Part shown: one piece after another, positions 29,055 to 42,918 of the stretch
Layout of the letters: each line of letters opens with the position of its first letter
Position numbering within the stretch: the stretch's first letter is position 1
Assembly (NCBI RefSeq): GCF_035594765.1
Contig: NC_085844.1
Location: 184,032,107 to 184,096,106, forward strand
Direction: 5' to 3'
Origin: Anolis carolinensis
Taxonomy: Eukaryota
Length of the DNA stretch: 64,000 nucleotides
Made by a program: the position numbers and the translations under genes
Notes under the pieces: model-generated
The model's database searches: none
What the model was told of the DNA's origin: nothing
The model's input: only the letters and a program-made list of their open reading frames with translations

Positions 29055-30392
29055 CCTGGCAGTGATGTATGGCTCTCTAACAGGACTTTATGCGTCTCTT
29101 TGGCTTTGCCTGTCTCAAACAACAAAACAGACACTCTGCAAAGTATCTGGGCCATCCTTTGGAGGCTGGTGTAATACCTTCACCATAGTAGGCTGAAGGT
29201 TGTGCAGGCAGGCTCAAAGTTGTGACTCTAGGTTCACAATAGAAGTCAGTGACTGCCACTTATTTAACAACCCTCCCCAGCCCCTTTTTGAAACTGCTTA
29301 GATCCTCCCATATGTTTCTGGAGCCCAAAAAGGTCCCACTCCTTTTAATGAATTCTGAACAGCAATACCATGGAACAGTTTGGGGTATTTCCTGGCATTT
29401 CCTTTGGGGTCCCAGCTGCAAACATAGAGCAGCCATCCCTGAACTTCTAAGAGTTTATTTCCTTCCCTCCTAAGGAAGAAAAAAAGCAGCTCTACAGATC
29501 TGGGCTTTTGAAGTTTCCCAGCTGGCAAGTCCTCCCATGGAGTTCAATGGCCTGCAGCAGGGCTGCTTTCCCAAAGCTGCCAGTTTAAAGTGTCAGTTCT
29601 TTTGATAAAGGGCTGGGAGAGTGCCACAATACGCAGCATAAAGTAATTCATAGATCTGGCTCCTGGGTGGCAGTTTTTAAAGTTCCTCTTTGGGTTTATA
29701 CAAAACAGCTGATCTAAACCTCAGACCACTGGAAGTGAATGACAGGGGTAAGACTGCTCTCTAATTGCCCTGTTCCTTGTTCATGTACTTTGGAAATCTG
29801 GTCCTAGTTACTGTCAAAAGGAAAGATAATGAGCAAAGCAGAATGTGTGTCAACACAGGGAAACACAGACCTCCATAGCCTCACCATCCAGTTTTACTGA
29901 TAATTACTGAAGCACTGAGCCCTTACCCAAACACAACATGTCTTCTTGGACAACAAATGAGTATCCCTATGTTAAGAATAATCTATACATCAAGTTCTAT
30001 GTCTGTTGCAAGGAAATCAGAGCTTCTGTGCATTCAATTTCTAATTGTATATATCAGGGAATATATCATACTCTCTCCAGTAAGTACAAAAAAACTCCTA
30101 GAACCAATACAGAGGGATAGCTATGGATTTGTGAGAGCATATTTGCAAGCCAAAGTTGGAGGAAAGTTGGAGTGATAAAAGTATTGCAGGTAAAATAACA
30201 GAGTCCCGTGGCAGTTCAATCACTTGTTTATTATAAGTGTTGGGGAAATACAGGGAATATAATATATACTCCCTATGTACACACAGTATATATGGTTGAG
30301 ATTGGGATGTCAAATTTTAATACTGCATCTCCAACTATGTGTACTGTATTTATACCTGAAATTCTGAATCATAGTAACTTTGTACTATAATA

Positions 30393-30775
30393 TCATATAT
30401 ACTCAAATATAAGCCTGATTTTTTCAGCCCTTTTTTAAGGGCTGGAAAGCCCACTCAGCTTATACTCGAGTGAGAGTCCTAGCTGGCTTATATACCTGGG
30501 TATATGGATAATCAGAGTTGGACAATCTTATCTTATTAAAGTCTTATTATTATCTTAAATTACAGTTTTATGTAAATATTCAAAAACATTTAACTTACTG
30601 ATGCCTCAATTAATGTAGTTTTATTGGTATCTATTTTTATTTTTGAAATTTACCAGTAGCTGCTGCATTTCTCACCCTCATCTTATACTCGAGTCAATAC
30701 GTTTTCCCAGTTTTCTGTGGTAAAATTAGGTGCATCGGTTTATATTCAAGTCAGTTTATACTCGAGTATATATGG
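30393..30775. mobile_element. Tc2-like MITE
   Basis: TA-flanked TIRs tcatatatactcaaatataag / tttatactcgagtatatatgg; internal tatactcgagt repeats. Confidence 0.8.
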
Positions 30776-32173
30776 TAAATTAGTCTTTAATGTTAATACT
30801 GGTCATGTTTTAACACCAAATGTTTGTGAATGCTTGCAAAGAGAACAAAAAAGTCAGAATATCTCTTATTCAAGAGATAATATATTTTACCAAATTCACC
30901 TTATACATGTGCAAATGTCTTTCCTTTGGCTGCGACCATACAAACATGACTACATATATATTTCTATGTTAAATATGTAGTATAGGACAGCATGAAAAAT
31001 TATGAAGCGTGATTCCAATTTGGAAGCAGAGGAGCCAAGATTCCAAGCAGGCAGAATTAAGGCAAAATCTAGGCATAAAGAATATCAGTACCCATAAAGA
31101 CAAACTGTTTTGAGCAACAACAATCAGACCTATACAAAGAAAGCTATAACATAACATGCAGCATATGTGCATAAGATCTGTAAGTTTTGTTCTATGCTTG
31201 TCAAAATGGCAGCAGGAGTAATAAAACTCCATCAACGATGAGACCCCCCCCCCCAAATTGACAAGTAGACATAACAACACTAAACTCTGATAACATTCTG
31301 TACATTTAAGATGCAGACTTTGTTACTGAATGGAGTCTTAGGATGTCTTGCTTCAGCAGGCAAGGAAGTGGATCAGATTACAGCTGCCCACACCTGCTTC
31401 CTGAAATGTATGCAAGTAATGTGGATACATCCCTGAGCTCCTCATTCAAAATGACAAACCTGGCAGATGTTCAATCCCCAACTGTATCCTAAACCTTGGT
31501 CCATAAATATCAATGCAAAACAAACAACCAATCACACAGAATAACATTTGATGCTAAGTAGATGGAACAAGAAGCACTGTATTCTACGCACACATTCACA
31601 ATGGGGGGTGTGAAACAGCATTTCCAATATAAGACCTTAAGTCCATTTAAATTTCTTCTTAAACAAGTAGCAGCTTGAAGGGACATCTTTACTGCTACTT
31701 GAGAGAAGAAACAAAATGCCATTCCCCCATATTGTACCATCCTTCCCACTAAATGAAGGCACAATGGTGGTGTTCATCCTCCTTCTGTCTGAGGAGATTG
31801 AGATGGCAAAGATGATACCTGTTTCCTCCCGCCGTATGTCACCTGAAAAGGCGGCAATGACATGGTGCCTACAATCCCACTCTGAGATGGCAGAAAGTGA
31901 ACGGCTGCTAATAGCACCACACCTGCCTACCTAAAAGGGAGAGGAGCATAACAACCACATCTTCTCCACCCACTCACCAACAAAGCAGGTTAGCATATTG
32001 AAAATTAGAAAAAGCTGTTGGCAACTCTCTCTAAAGAGGATTAAAGTTGAGAACAAATTTCTGCTGATAGAAGTTCCCAGATATTGGCAGATAGGCTCTA
32101 CTAGAAATAATATTTGCAATAATTCACAGGTCAAGTTGAAAAATTAGTTGGAAAATCCTGTTGGGAAGAATAA

Positions 32174-32234
32174 CTGTTGTTGTTTGTTCATTCAGTCGTT
32201 TCTGACTTTTTGTGACCTCATAAACCAGTCCATA
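32174..32234 (-). mobile_element. Short RTE/Vingi-like LINE 3' tail
   Basis: Reverse complement gaggtcacaaaaagtcagaaacgactgaatg followed by (CAA)n. Confidence 0.55.
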
Positions 32235-32475
32235 GACTAGTAAGAATTTTGTGTCACTTTCCCCTGGTATTTGAAAGTCCCAAACAGTTGCAAAATAATT
32301 ATTCTGCAGAGAAAAACACATGGGATTTTGATGTAAAAACCACGTTTGCTGTGTAGAAAATAAGTCCCTTTTTTGGTTCTTGTTTGTTCCAAAAATAAAT
32401 CTTCTGTTTTTCTCTGTGGAATAGTTCTTTCACAGCACTTTGAGATATTTCAATACAGGGAAAATAATACACATA

Positions 32476-33238
32476 CTGTGTTTCCCTGAAAATAAGACAG
32501 TGTCTTATATTAATTTTTGCTCCCAGACACGCACTAGGTCTTATTTTCAGGGGATGTCTTATTTTTCCATAAAGAAGAATTTACATTTATTGTTGAACAA
32601 AAAAATGAACATTTATTATATACTGTACAGTAGTTGTCATCACAAACCAGCATAACTAGACAAACTGTGAATCTTATCAAGAATTTCTTGTTACTACCAT
32701 TATTTCCATGTACAGTGTGCCCTCACTTTTCACGAGGGTTAGGTTCCAGGCCTGCCCGCGAAAAGTGAAAAACCGTGAAGTAGAGGCACTCTATTTATTT
32801 CAATAAATATAGTCCCCTCCCTCCCTCCTTTCCTCTTTTAATGTACTGTCCTGTCTTCTTTGTTGTTCCCGAGGCGATGAGGCGCAGGCAGGGCCTACTA
32901 GTGCTGCCTGCAGGCAGCTGCGGAGGAATTGTGGGCCGGGTCACGTGCCTCAAACTGAGTCCTTTTGTGCCTGTGAGGGGAGGCGGGCCAGATGGGAAAA
33001 TCCGCGAAACAGCAAATCCGCGGAACCCAAACTGCGGATTAGCGAGGGAGCACTGTACAACAATCTATGGTACATACATTTATCAATCCTGTATGCTCTG
33101 GTGTTATGTTTGGCAGGCATGCTTCCAAACACAAACTTTGCTAGGTCTTACTTTTGGGGGAGGCTTATATTTAGAAATTCAGCAAAACCTCTACTAGGTC
33201 TTATTTTCAGAGGATGTCTTATTTTCGGGGAAACAGGA
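32476..33238 (-). mobile_element. Second copy of the Tc2-like element (inverted relative to 16900-17320), split by a nested MITE
   Basis: Reverse complement aligns end-to-end with 16900-17320 once 32713-33057 is removed; TA flanks. Confidence 0.88.
32713..33055. mobile_element. Tigger/pogo-like MITE, 343 bp, CpG-rich
   Basis: TIRs cagtgtgccctc / gagggagcactg; duplicated TA at the host tgTAca site. Confidence 0.85.
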
Positions 33239-33387
33239 TATGAGGATGCACCAGGTGAGGATTTGCATCCCAACTATCTAATCCCAGGGGTCAGCCAACA
33301 GAGCAATCCATTGGGAGAAGAGCACTGTTGGCTAACATTTACCAGTGGATATCACTGAAGGGATGGAGAAGGAGCAGAGCTCACCAA

Positions 33388-33519
33388 GGCTGGATCTACA
33401 CTGTCATATAATCAATTTTCTGAATCCAGATTATCTGCCTTGAACTGGATTATATGAATCTACACGGCCATATAATTCAGTTCAAAGCAGATAATCTCGA
33501 TTCAGAAACTGGATGGGGC
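33388..33519. mobile_element. Palindromic PIF/Harbinger-like MITE
   Basis: ggctggatctacactg start; internal inverted repeat tctgaatccagattatctgc / gcagataatctcgattcaga. Confidence 0.55.
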
Positions 33520-33934
33520 ACAAAATACACTCACTTTTAATCTCCTCCAGCCAAGGGACATAAACACACTGACAGTGCAAAGTTAGGTCAATATGAAGGT
33601 AGCCCTAAGTAATTTGCAATACCAATGATGGAGGGGCTTGGATTTAGCACAAATGTAACTCACTTAGCGTTGACTCTGCTTGGTTCCTGGCCAGTTATGA
33701 TTGGGCTCCAATTCCTGGGATTTAATTAGTATTATTCATACCTGACTGCATTTGGGACACTCCAAATGTTACATCACTTCTATAAAAGTTGCCAGGGCCT
33801 TCTTAATAAGATGGGTTTAAATGATGTTTGACCAGAAAGCAAACATCATTTGCTTTGTGTGTGGCCTATGATCAGCACTTGCAAACTCCTGCTGATGGCA
33901 GCACTGCTATGCTAAGGCCCTTTATAATGCATTT

Positions 33935-34070
33935 NNNNNNNNNNNNNNNNNNNNNNNNNNNNNNNNNNNNNNNNNNNNNNNNNNNNNNNNNNNNNNNNNN
34001 NNNNNNNNNNNNNNNNNNNNNNNNNNNNNNNNNNNNNNNNNNNNNNNNNNNNNNNNNNNNNNNNNNNNNN
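33935..34070. other. Assembly gap (136 N)
   Basis: Run of N. Confidence 0.99.
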
Positions 34071-34297
34071 GAATCTACACTGTACAAATATTGTAGTTTG
34101 GCACCACTTCAACTGCTATGGTTCATTTCTATGGAATCCTGGAATTGGTAGTTTAGTGCAACAGCAGCAGCAGCAGCACTCTTTGTCAGAGAAGACTGAA
34201 GACCTTGTTAAAGTACAGCTCCCATATTTCCATAGAAACGAGACATAGCAGTTAAACTGGTGTCAAATTGAATTAATTCTACAGTGTAGATGCATCC
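34071..34297. mobile_element. Palindromic PIF/Harbinger-like MITE
   Basis: atctacactgta / tacagtgtagatg ends; same family at 51569, 61548 and 63115. Confidence 0.65.
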
Positions 34298-34325
34298 AGA
34301 GAGCTAGCACAGAGAAAGCAGTATA

Positions 34326-34728
34326 CAGGCAGTCCCTGAATAACAAATATCCAACTTGCAAATAACTCTTAGTTAAAAATGGAGGTAAGACAAGAAGAGA
34401 AATCTACCCCTAGTAAGAGAAATTCACTCCTGAAAAGAGTTATCATGGGGAAAAGGTATCTCAACTGAAGCTTTTTCACCAGTCCTTGTTTCCACAACAA
34501 GCCAAATTTTTCAAAATCCAATTCTCATAGGGTCAGAAAGTGCAGTGAAATCTTCTGAACAGGGAGCACAGACAGCAAAACAAACATCTCCCTGTGCTAT
34601 CCAAAGATTATATATGTGTGTGTGTGTGTGTATGATTGGGGTTACAGTTTAAAAATTATCTTGCATACAAATTCAGCTTAAGAATAAACTTACAGAACCT
34701 ATTTTGTTTGTAACTTGGGGACTACCTG
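34326..34728 (+). mobile_element. Tigger/pogo-like MITE
   Basis: TA-flanked TIRs caggcagtccc / gggactacctg. Confidence 0.8.
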
Positions 34729-36842
34729 TATTTAGATATTGCAGATTTCTATGGCCCACCACCATGAAAATAAGGTATACATGGGAGTGGGCAATGTATC
34801 AAAATCTTATGTGAACTGTAACAGATAATTAAAACCCCAAGCAAGCACTACTGTTATATATATATATATATCATTGCATAAATTGATTCCCAATTTCTTC
34901 TTTAGCAGACAAAGTTGCTTTACAGTACTGGTCCATTCACAAGTACTGTTATACTATCAACCAACACTTTGGAAGTTAATGGACAGAGTTCTTTGTGTTC
35001 TGTTGAATCTGGTTCCTTTTCGGCTGGTGATGTTAGAGACTAAGCTTTAATATAAAATATGTGTTTTGCCACTGCCTAGATATTCAATAGATTATATCCT
35101 GCAATGAGTCAACATTAATGCTCATCTGCACATATGCATCTTTTTTTCAATCCTTTTAAAAACACAAGTAGCACAACATTACCAAGGCATTTATTTATTT
35201 CACACAGTATCATAATTAATCTCAACTCAAACTCATAACACAATCTACTTTCCCCTTCAAAATCTCTCACACCGCAGGCAAGATACCCAAACCAATTTTT
35301 TTCTTCTGAATCCATTGAAAATAATATATTGACATGATTACATACTTGAAATCCCTCCTTAATACAGTGGCTTTCCATAGGCAGGTTTTATCAGAACTCC
35401 ATAGTAATAATATCTGCAAAGCCACTATTTTTTGCACAATATCAAAAAACAAGTGTCTTTACTATTAACAAGAACTGTTAAGTGTGCCTCACAGAATAAC
35501 ATCCAGGATCCTCTGTCTTCTGTACAGATATTTCTTGAGGATCGGAAATTAGAAATGCACAATCTTAAAAAAGAACCAGAAAGTTTTTAACTTGATGTTA
35601 AGCTGTTTTTAACCTGATAAGAGCGATCTTGGGAATGATGTCGAAAATATAGATAAAATTTAAAATATGGCTGATGCAGTTAATTCAAGAACACAATTGT
35701 CCAGTTTTCATAAAATGCCAAACAGTTATTTGACATTAATTGGCAAGCCTTTTGTTCAGGAATTCCCATCTCTCCTTCTCATTGCATGTTTTGCACAAAC
35801 TCCAAGTTGCATGGATCAAACAAAAGCTCAAACTGCAGTTTAACAAGTACCAGGCAGCATGTGAAAGAATCAGAGCATGCAAGTCTCATTCTGCTGCTAT
35901 ACCTCAACCCAAGCCTATTTTCTCCCATATTTTGCTCTCCCCCCAAATCCCCAACAGTAAACACAGAAAATACATAAAGGGTCTCCAGACAGATTAAGGT
36001 CAAGCTTTAGTCTACCTATTTTTCAATCTTCTTCTCATAATTAGGATCTAATCTTCAGTATTAGTGCACTGTGATTAAAGCTGCAAAAATTTCTTTGTTA
36101 TCAGGATATTAGCAGTCCTTTTGTGTTTCAACTGGTATATGAATTCTAAACAAAATGTTTGAATTTTGCCAAGAATGAAAACCCCCTCTTTAACATCAAT
36201 TTCTATCCAAATAACAAATTATTGGCCATTCTGAGGTTTAGCATAAACTCAAAAGTAAACATAGTCTGAAATGATCAGCTTTTTAAAAAAAACCCAAAGA
36301 TCAGTCAGGATTTAGGGTCTTTGTGGGTGATTAAAGGGAGGTTTTCCAACTTGGCCTCCCTGCCTTATGGAAAGGGTTAAGGAAGATTTGTTCAAGGAGA
36401 GTAGACCAGGCCTGTTGATCATCTCAATAGAAGAAATGCATTCTCTAGCTATAAAAAAGAGCAACCATGCATCCTTAATGATGTTCAAAGAAAAGAGTCA
36501 TCAAGTGTTTATGGAATTGTTGAGTACTGCAAGATTGATAGGGCACCTTTTTCCTCAACCCATGATCTGGCATGACATGAATTAGTTTGTTTCCCAAGGA
36601 CTACCCATATTAGCCTATTTCAGCAAAACAACAAAGTATTTTTGTTAACATTAAGTCCTATTTGATTTATTTTAACAGGAGCTTTCACAGGTTCCCTCAG
36701 TTCCCTCAGATGTTCTGCATCCATTTTCCGTCTAATTTCAATTTCTACAATGTACAATGTGCTTGCATCTGTACTGGGGTTACAGGTGCAAGGCCTCTTT
36801 GTTCGTTTATCCCAGCAAACAGGGAGAATGGATCCTCTATGG

Positions 36843-36977
36843 CAGTGGTTCTCAACCTGTGGGTCCCCAGAGGTTTTGGTCTTCAACTCCCAGAATTCCT
36901 AACAGCTGGTAAACTGGCTGGGATTTCTGGAACTTGTAGGCCAAAACACACGGGGACCCACAGGTTGAGAACCACTG
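36843..36977. mobile_element. 135-bp hAT MITE nested in an older Tigger-like element
   Basis: TIR cagtggttctcaacctgtgggtcccc / ggggacccacaggttgagaaccactg; TSD ctctatgg/ctttatgg. Confidence 0.9.
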
Positions 36978-38045
36978 CTTTATGGAGACTAGCCATACTA
37001 GAGAGAGCATATTAATCAAATCCACAAGAAATCAAATCTGCAAACGTTAAGCCTGAAAATGTGTAAGGCTGACTGTAACAAGTATTTTCATGGACAACTA
37101 TGGAAAATCCAGGAGGTGTTCCCACTGTATTTTAATGCAACAAACCAAGGTCAAAACATGTCGTTGAAGAGTTTTGAAGATGGCTTCTTCCAACAAACCG
37201 TAATTACTGAAAGCTTTTGATGTATCCTTAAACTGTAGTTAATAAAAAGGTAAAAGCTTCCCACCTTTTCAAAACTGCATTAAATCAAAAGAGGGGAGGG
37301 TAAGCATCAGAGCAGAAGGCTTGTGGCTTCTCATGCCCACCATAACAACATTGTTTATGTCTAAATCCAGCTACCAGCCATCAAATGAAAAGTTATGGCA
37401 GATTGTCTTAAAATATAACACTCTTTTTCAGTTTTAAGCCCCAAGCAAAATTCAAAAAGAGACAACTGAATTGGCAGTCTACAACCCCCTACAACACTAA
37501 CAGGGACAGGCACTAATCCTGGCTACAAAAAGACAGAAATGTGACCTGCCGGCAAACAAGCTTTCTGTATATTGTTAATTTCCTGAGCAAATGAAGAATA
37601 GGAAAGCAAACATTTTTCCAGACCTCAATATTACATCTTCAGACAAACTCATGCACAAGAGAACAGAAGAGGGAGGGTGGATAACAATACCTACCGGAGG
37701 AACCATAAAACACAAAACATCCCAGGTTCAGTCATTTCCTCTCTTTTTACAAAAGAAATCAGGAATCAGGTGTTGGAGATCTTATGATACCCTATGCTTC
37801 TAATCTGAAAAAAAAACCCCTGCAGTTTCCTCTCTTTGACATCACACATCCTACTCTATGGAATGCCTACATCTAACTCTGTACAGCTTCTAACTTGTCT
37901 CCAGAAGTCATCTGTTCAGAGCAAGTCAGACAACCTCCAGCAGCCTTTTGGATTTGTGTTCTGCAAGTGTTCCCTCTGGGGTCTTCCATCACAAACCATT
38001 GTACAAACTGACCTATCTAATCAAAATCCAGAGTTACAGAAACTA

Positions 38046-38198
<153 letters not shown>

Positions 38199-38878
38199 CT
38201 ACATCAGAGGGGGAAAGAGCATGAACTTTTAACCACATAGTTATTATATTTAAATGAAAAAAGAAATGGCTTTTGCATGTTTCAGGTAGCCTAGGATTAT
38301 CTCTGTAGGTTTATCTACTTCCACAAGATGAAAACAATTTTGATGATCTGCCTCCTCAATAGTTGTGAAGATGTGCCACCACAAAACATACTTTGTTTAA
38401 TTTAATCTCCAACCAATTAAATGTAAACATGACAATCCAAGGTGTGATATATCTTCCCTGAAAACCAGAAGATAGGCAGATAATGCTGGCCTTAGCTCAG
38501 GAAATGTATTATTTCTCTAGTGTATATCTAGAATAAATCAACAAATCCACCTTTTCTTTACCCCCTACTCCTATCTTACTGAGACAGACATGCAGACAGA
38601 CGATTTTAAGTTTCATCATTTCTCTCTCAAGGGTGATTTCAGTTGACTCTTCATAGTCTGACAGTTAAACAACTATGAGAAGCAGCATGGAAGACCCTGA
38701 GGTGAGGTAACAAATACTGTGCTCCTCTTCCAGCATAGGATATAGCAAATAAGTACAGGCTATGTGCAAGGTTTGGGTAAGATAGCATCCAGATTCCCTG
38801 ACTGCCTTCCACAGTTGCAAAATGAAAATTCAAGTTAGGATAGTGCTCAGGAACTCCTTTCTTTCTTTTCTTCTAAAG

Positions 38879-39122
38879 CAGGGGTCCCCAAACTACGGCC
38901 CGGGGGCCACATGCAGCCCATCGAAGCCATTTATCCAGTCCCCACGGCACAAAGGCTGAAGGGGGTTGGGCTAAATGGCCCAAGGGGTCTCTTCCAACCC
39001 TCTTTATTATTGTTGTTGTTGTTGTTGTTGTTGTTGTTATTATTATTAACATTGAGGCTGGGAGGCCATCTGTCAGGGGTGTTTTGCTTGTGCACAAAGG
39101 CAGAAAGCGGTTGGGCTAAATG

Positions 39123-39173
<51 letters not shown>

Positions 39174-39266
39174 GCTTGGTGGCCACCTGGCCAACTATAG
39201 TCCGGCCCTCCAACGGTCTGAGGGATCATGAACTGGCCCCCAGTTTTAAAAGTTTGGAGACTCCTG
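38879..39266 (+). mobile_element. Non-autonomous hAT (OposCharlie1/OC1-like ends) with captured CR1 3'-end fragments and (TTG)n/(TTA)n
   Basis: TIR caggggtccccaaact / agtttggagactcctg; TSD ttctaaag/ctctaaag. Confidence 0.82.
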
Positions 39267-39773
39267 CTCTAAAGTGATAAAGAAAAGTTGGAGCATACTC
39301 CCAATTTCTTTTTGGAATGTCATAATGTGCATCGGAAATAAGCACTATTTCAACATTTCAACTAAGCCTGCTAATCTGTTTCAAGAAAGGGAATGACCTC
39401 CAAATCAAGAAGAACATTTAAATTAAATTGCATCTCGGGTAAATATATGGGCAGCTTGTGGCTTAGGTGGGAAGGCTGCTTCTCCCCACTCAAAATGCAG
39501 TTGATGGTTCAGTTCATGCAATTACTCGTGGCCTCTCACACATTAAGGGCACACGGCCAAAGACAAAGCACAAGCTTCCTTCCTGTTTTTCCCCAGTCAG
39601 TTCCTGAACTTCCTCATACTTCTGTTATCAATATTTTATGTGTTATTTGAGTAAGTGTAGTAAAATGCATGGGATAGACTGTTTCAATGACGCTATGGGA
39701 TTGAAAATGGTTCACATTCAAAGATTTCTGTGCTACAATTTACTGTATTTTAGGTTGTTTTGTATTACTGGTA

Positions 39774-40096
39774 CAGTGGAGTCTCACTTATCCAACGTAA
39801 ACGGGCCGACAGAACGTTGCATAAGTGAATATGTTGGATAATAAGGAGAGATTAGGGAAAAGCCTATTAAACATCAAATTAGGTTATGATTTTACAAATG
39901 AAGCACCAAAACATCATGTTAGACAACAAATTTGACAGAAAAAGTAGTTCAATACGCAGTAATGCTATGTAGTAATTACTGTATTTACGAATTTAGCACC
40001 AAAATATCATGATGTATTGAAAACACTGACTACAAAAATGCGTTGGATAATCCAGAACGTTGGATAAGCGAGTGTTGGATAAGTGAGATTCTACTG
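39774..40096. mobile_element. Tc1/mariner-pogo MITE, 323 bp (same family and orientation as 24705)
   Basis: TIRs, TA flanks, identical length. Confidence 0.9.
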
Positions 40097-40510
40097 TACT
40101 TATATTTACCCTTTCCTTAAGAAATGTATACAAAATAATCTAGACTGTCCTAACCCAGTTTCTTGGAATGGAACATTGCACTTCCATTTTCAATTAATGC
40201 AACAATAGCATTATGCCAAAGCTAAATCTGATAAGGATAATGGAGAACTGGCAATACCAATTTCCCAGTCAGGTGAAGCCTATAAGGTGTCAAGACTATG
40301 GTACACTATGATCATTTCACTCTCATAAAAAAAGAGTTTCTATTAGCGTCTATACAAGATAGTGCACTCACACACTCAAAATAACTAAGATTTTTTCATA
40401 AAATGCACTTCAGAGATCTGTACTGGTGAGAACAATGTCAGGGATGAGTCTGATATACCATGAAGGTGAAACCAAGTATTTTCCTTATCCTCCACATCAT
40501 TCAAAGACTA

Positions 40511-41083
<573 letters not shown>

Positions 41084-41534
41084 TCAAAAACAACCCTTTT
41101 CACAAATGAACACTGCAGCATTTTCACAAAACAAACTTTTATTTCTAACACGAAGCAAACATCAATACATCTGGAGAACTCTATGGCATTAGAACCATAT
41201 ATTTATTCATTTATATAAACATTTCTATCCAGCAAAATATCTCAAGATCTTGGGTTGGCATGTGATAAAATCAGTTTAAAACAGGAATTAATAATGCAAA
41301 CATTCTAAAACCATATTGAGTTTACTGGTTATAATGATTTTCATTCTATCTGTATAGTAAGTAATATGTTAACTAAGTTAACTAGTTAACAATAGTTTAA
41401 ACAAAAAACATCAAAAGCCTTGAAATGAAAAACCATATGAATGTGCAGGATAAAGTTTCGATTCCATGATATCACAAAAGGTATGACAGTTCTGGTGTTA
41501 TTAAAATTATTATCACATGATTCTTGTGCTAGAG

Positions 41535-42138
41535 GAGTGGTTCCCAACCTGTGGTCTGTGGACCACCAGTGGTCCCCAAGAACTAAAATATGGTCGGTGG
41601 CCTCACCGTTACTACACCGTTGCAACTAGAGTGACTGGTCTCGCGAAACCCTTTTACAGTGCTGAGGCAGCAGTGATGTCGGGAGGGAAGAGGCTGACTA
41701 CCCACGAAAGGCACAACAACAAGCCTCCTGACTGCTTCTTCTCCTCCTTCCTCCCCGAGCAGAGCTGTTCCATGTGGCACCTGGAAGCAGGGATGCCTTG
41801 GTGTCTTTGCTTTTAGGCCTGTACCTGGGGTTATTTGTAGTGCTGATTCAGAAAATTGCATTGGATAGACCACATCAACTTCAGATTATTAAATATGGTT
41901 TTCTGTGGGCAAGCAAATGGTGACTACTGGATGGAATATGTTCTGTATCAGAAACTAGAGCCGATGTAGTCTATTCAATGCAATTTTCTAAATCAGCACC
42001 CCAAATAAACAAACTGAATTTAAAGTTGACCAAAAACCGATTCGTAACCCTTTTGGTACGAATGTTGGAGAGTGGACCCTGGTCAAAGTGGTCTCTAGTC
42101 AAAGTGGTCCCTGGTTAAAAAAAGGTTGGGACCCACTG
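41535..42138. mobile_element. 604-bp non-autonomous hAT element
   Basis: TIR agtggttcccaacct / aggttgggacccactg; perfect TSD TGCTAGAG (41527-41534, 42139-42146); subterminal gtggtc repeats. Confidence 0.88.
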
Positions 42139-42827
42139 TGCTAGAGGGAAGAATGGGTGAATGTTTTACTGGGAAGGAAGGGAAAGATTGTATATGAATG
42201 TCTTCAACCCAAAGGACGGGAGGTCACTGCAATGGGAAAGGTGAAAGAAGGGAAATAGTGTAATGGGGAACAATTATTGTAAGCACTGTTCTGAAGTATA
42301 TGTGTGTTGTGTATGCATATGTGTGTAGATTTTGGGAGGGGGAGGGATGGGAAGAAATCATACCAATGATTTGTATTTGATCTTGATTAAAAATGTAATT
42401 TCCATAATATCATTGCTTTAAAGGGTTTTTTAAAACTTGACAAGAAAAGAGGTTTAAACAGTTTTTAAAAATTATTATCAGTGCAGTGGCTCTAGAAATG
42501 AGTTAGGACCAAACTGCATGTCAGTTCTTCTGGGCTGTCACATATGCCACAAAAAGGATCCTGTAGACCAGGCACCCCAGATGCTCTACAGATTTATTAG
42601 ACTCTATCTTCCATCATCCAGAACCCCCATATTTATAGGTACTCTTCCTATGATGATTTAGCAATGCAGTTCCTCAGACCAGCCAGTGAACACTTACTGT
42701 AGAAGGAGCATATACATTCTGGTTATTGGGATGCAGTTGAGATTCATTAAATTTTAAAAATGTCTGTGCAGAAGACACACAATACTTCTGGCACAATCAA
42801 TCCTAGATGGTAAACAGTGAGGATATT

Positions 42828-42918
42828 GTGTTGTCGAAGGCTGTCATGGCTGGGATCACAGGGTTGTTGGATGTTTTCCGGGCTTCTAGAAATACAGCCC
42901 AGAAAACATACAACAACC
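42828..42918. mobile_element. Very short Penelope-like insertion with inverted end
   Basis: gtgttgtcgaaggct terminus shared with 58033; 24-bp inverted repeat; 13-bp flanking direct repeat CAGTGAGGATATT. Confidence 0.8.

Noticed and set aside
38873-39231. Poly-Leu, poly-Asn and poly-Thr ORFs
   Set aside because: Translations of (TTG)n/(TTA)n microsatellites inside a transposon
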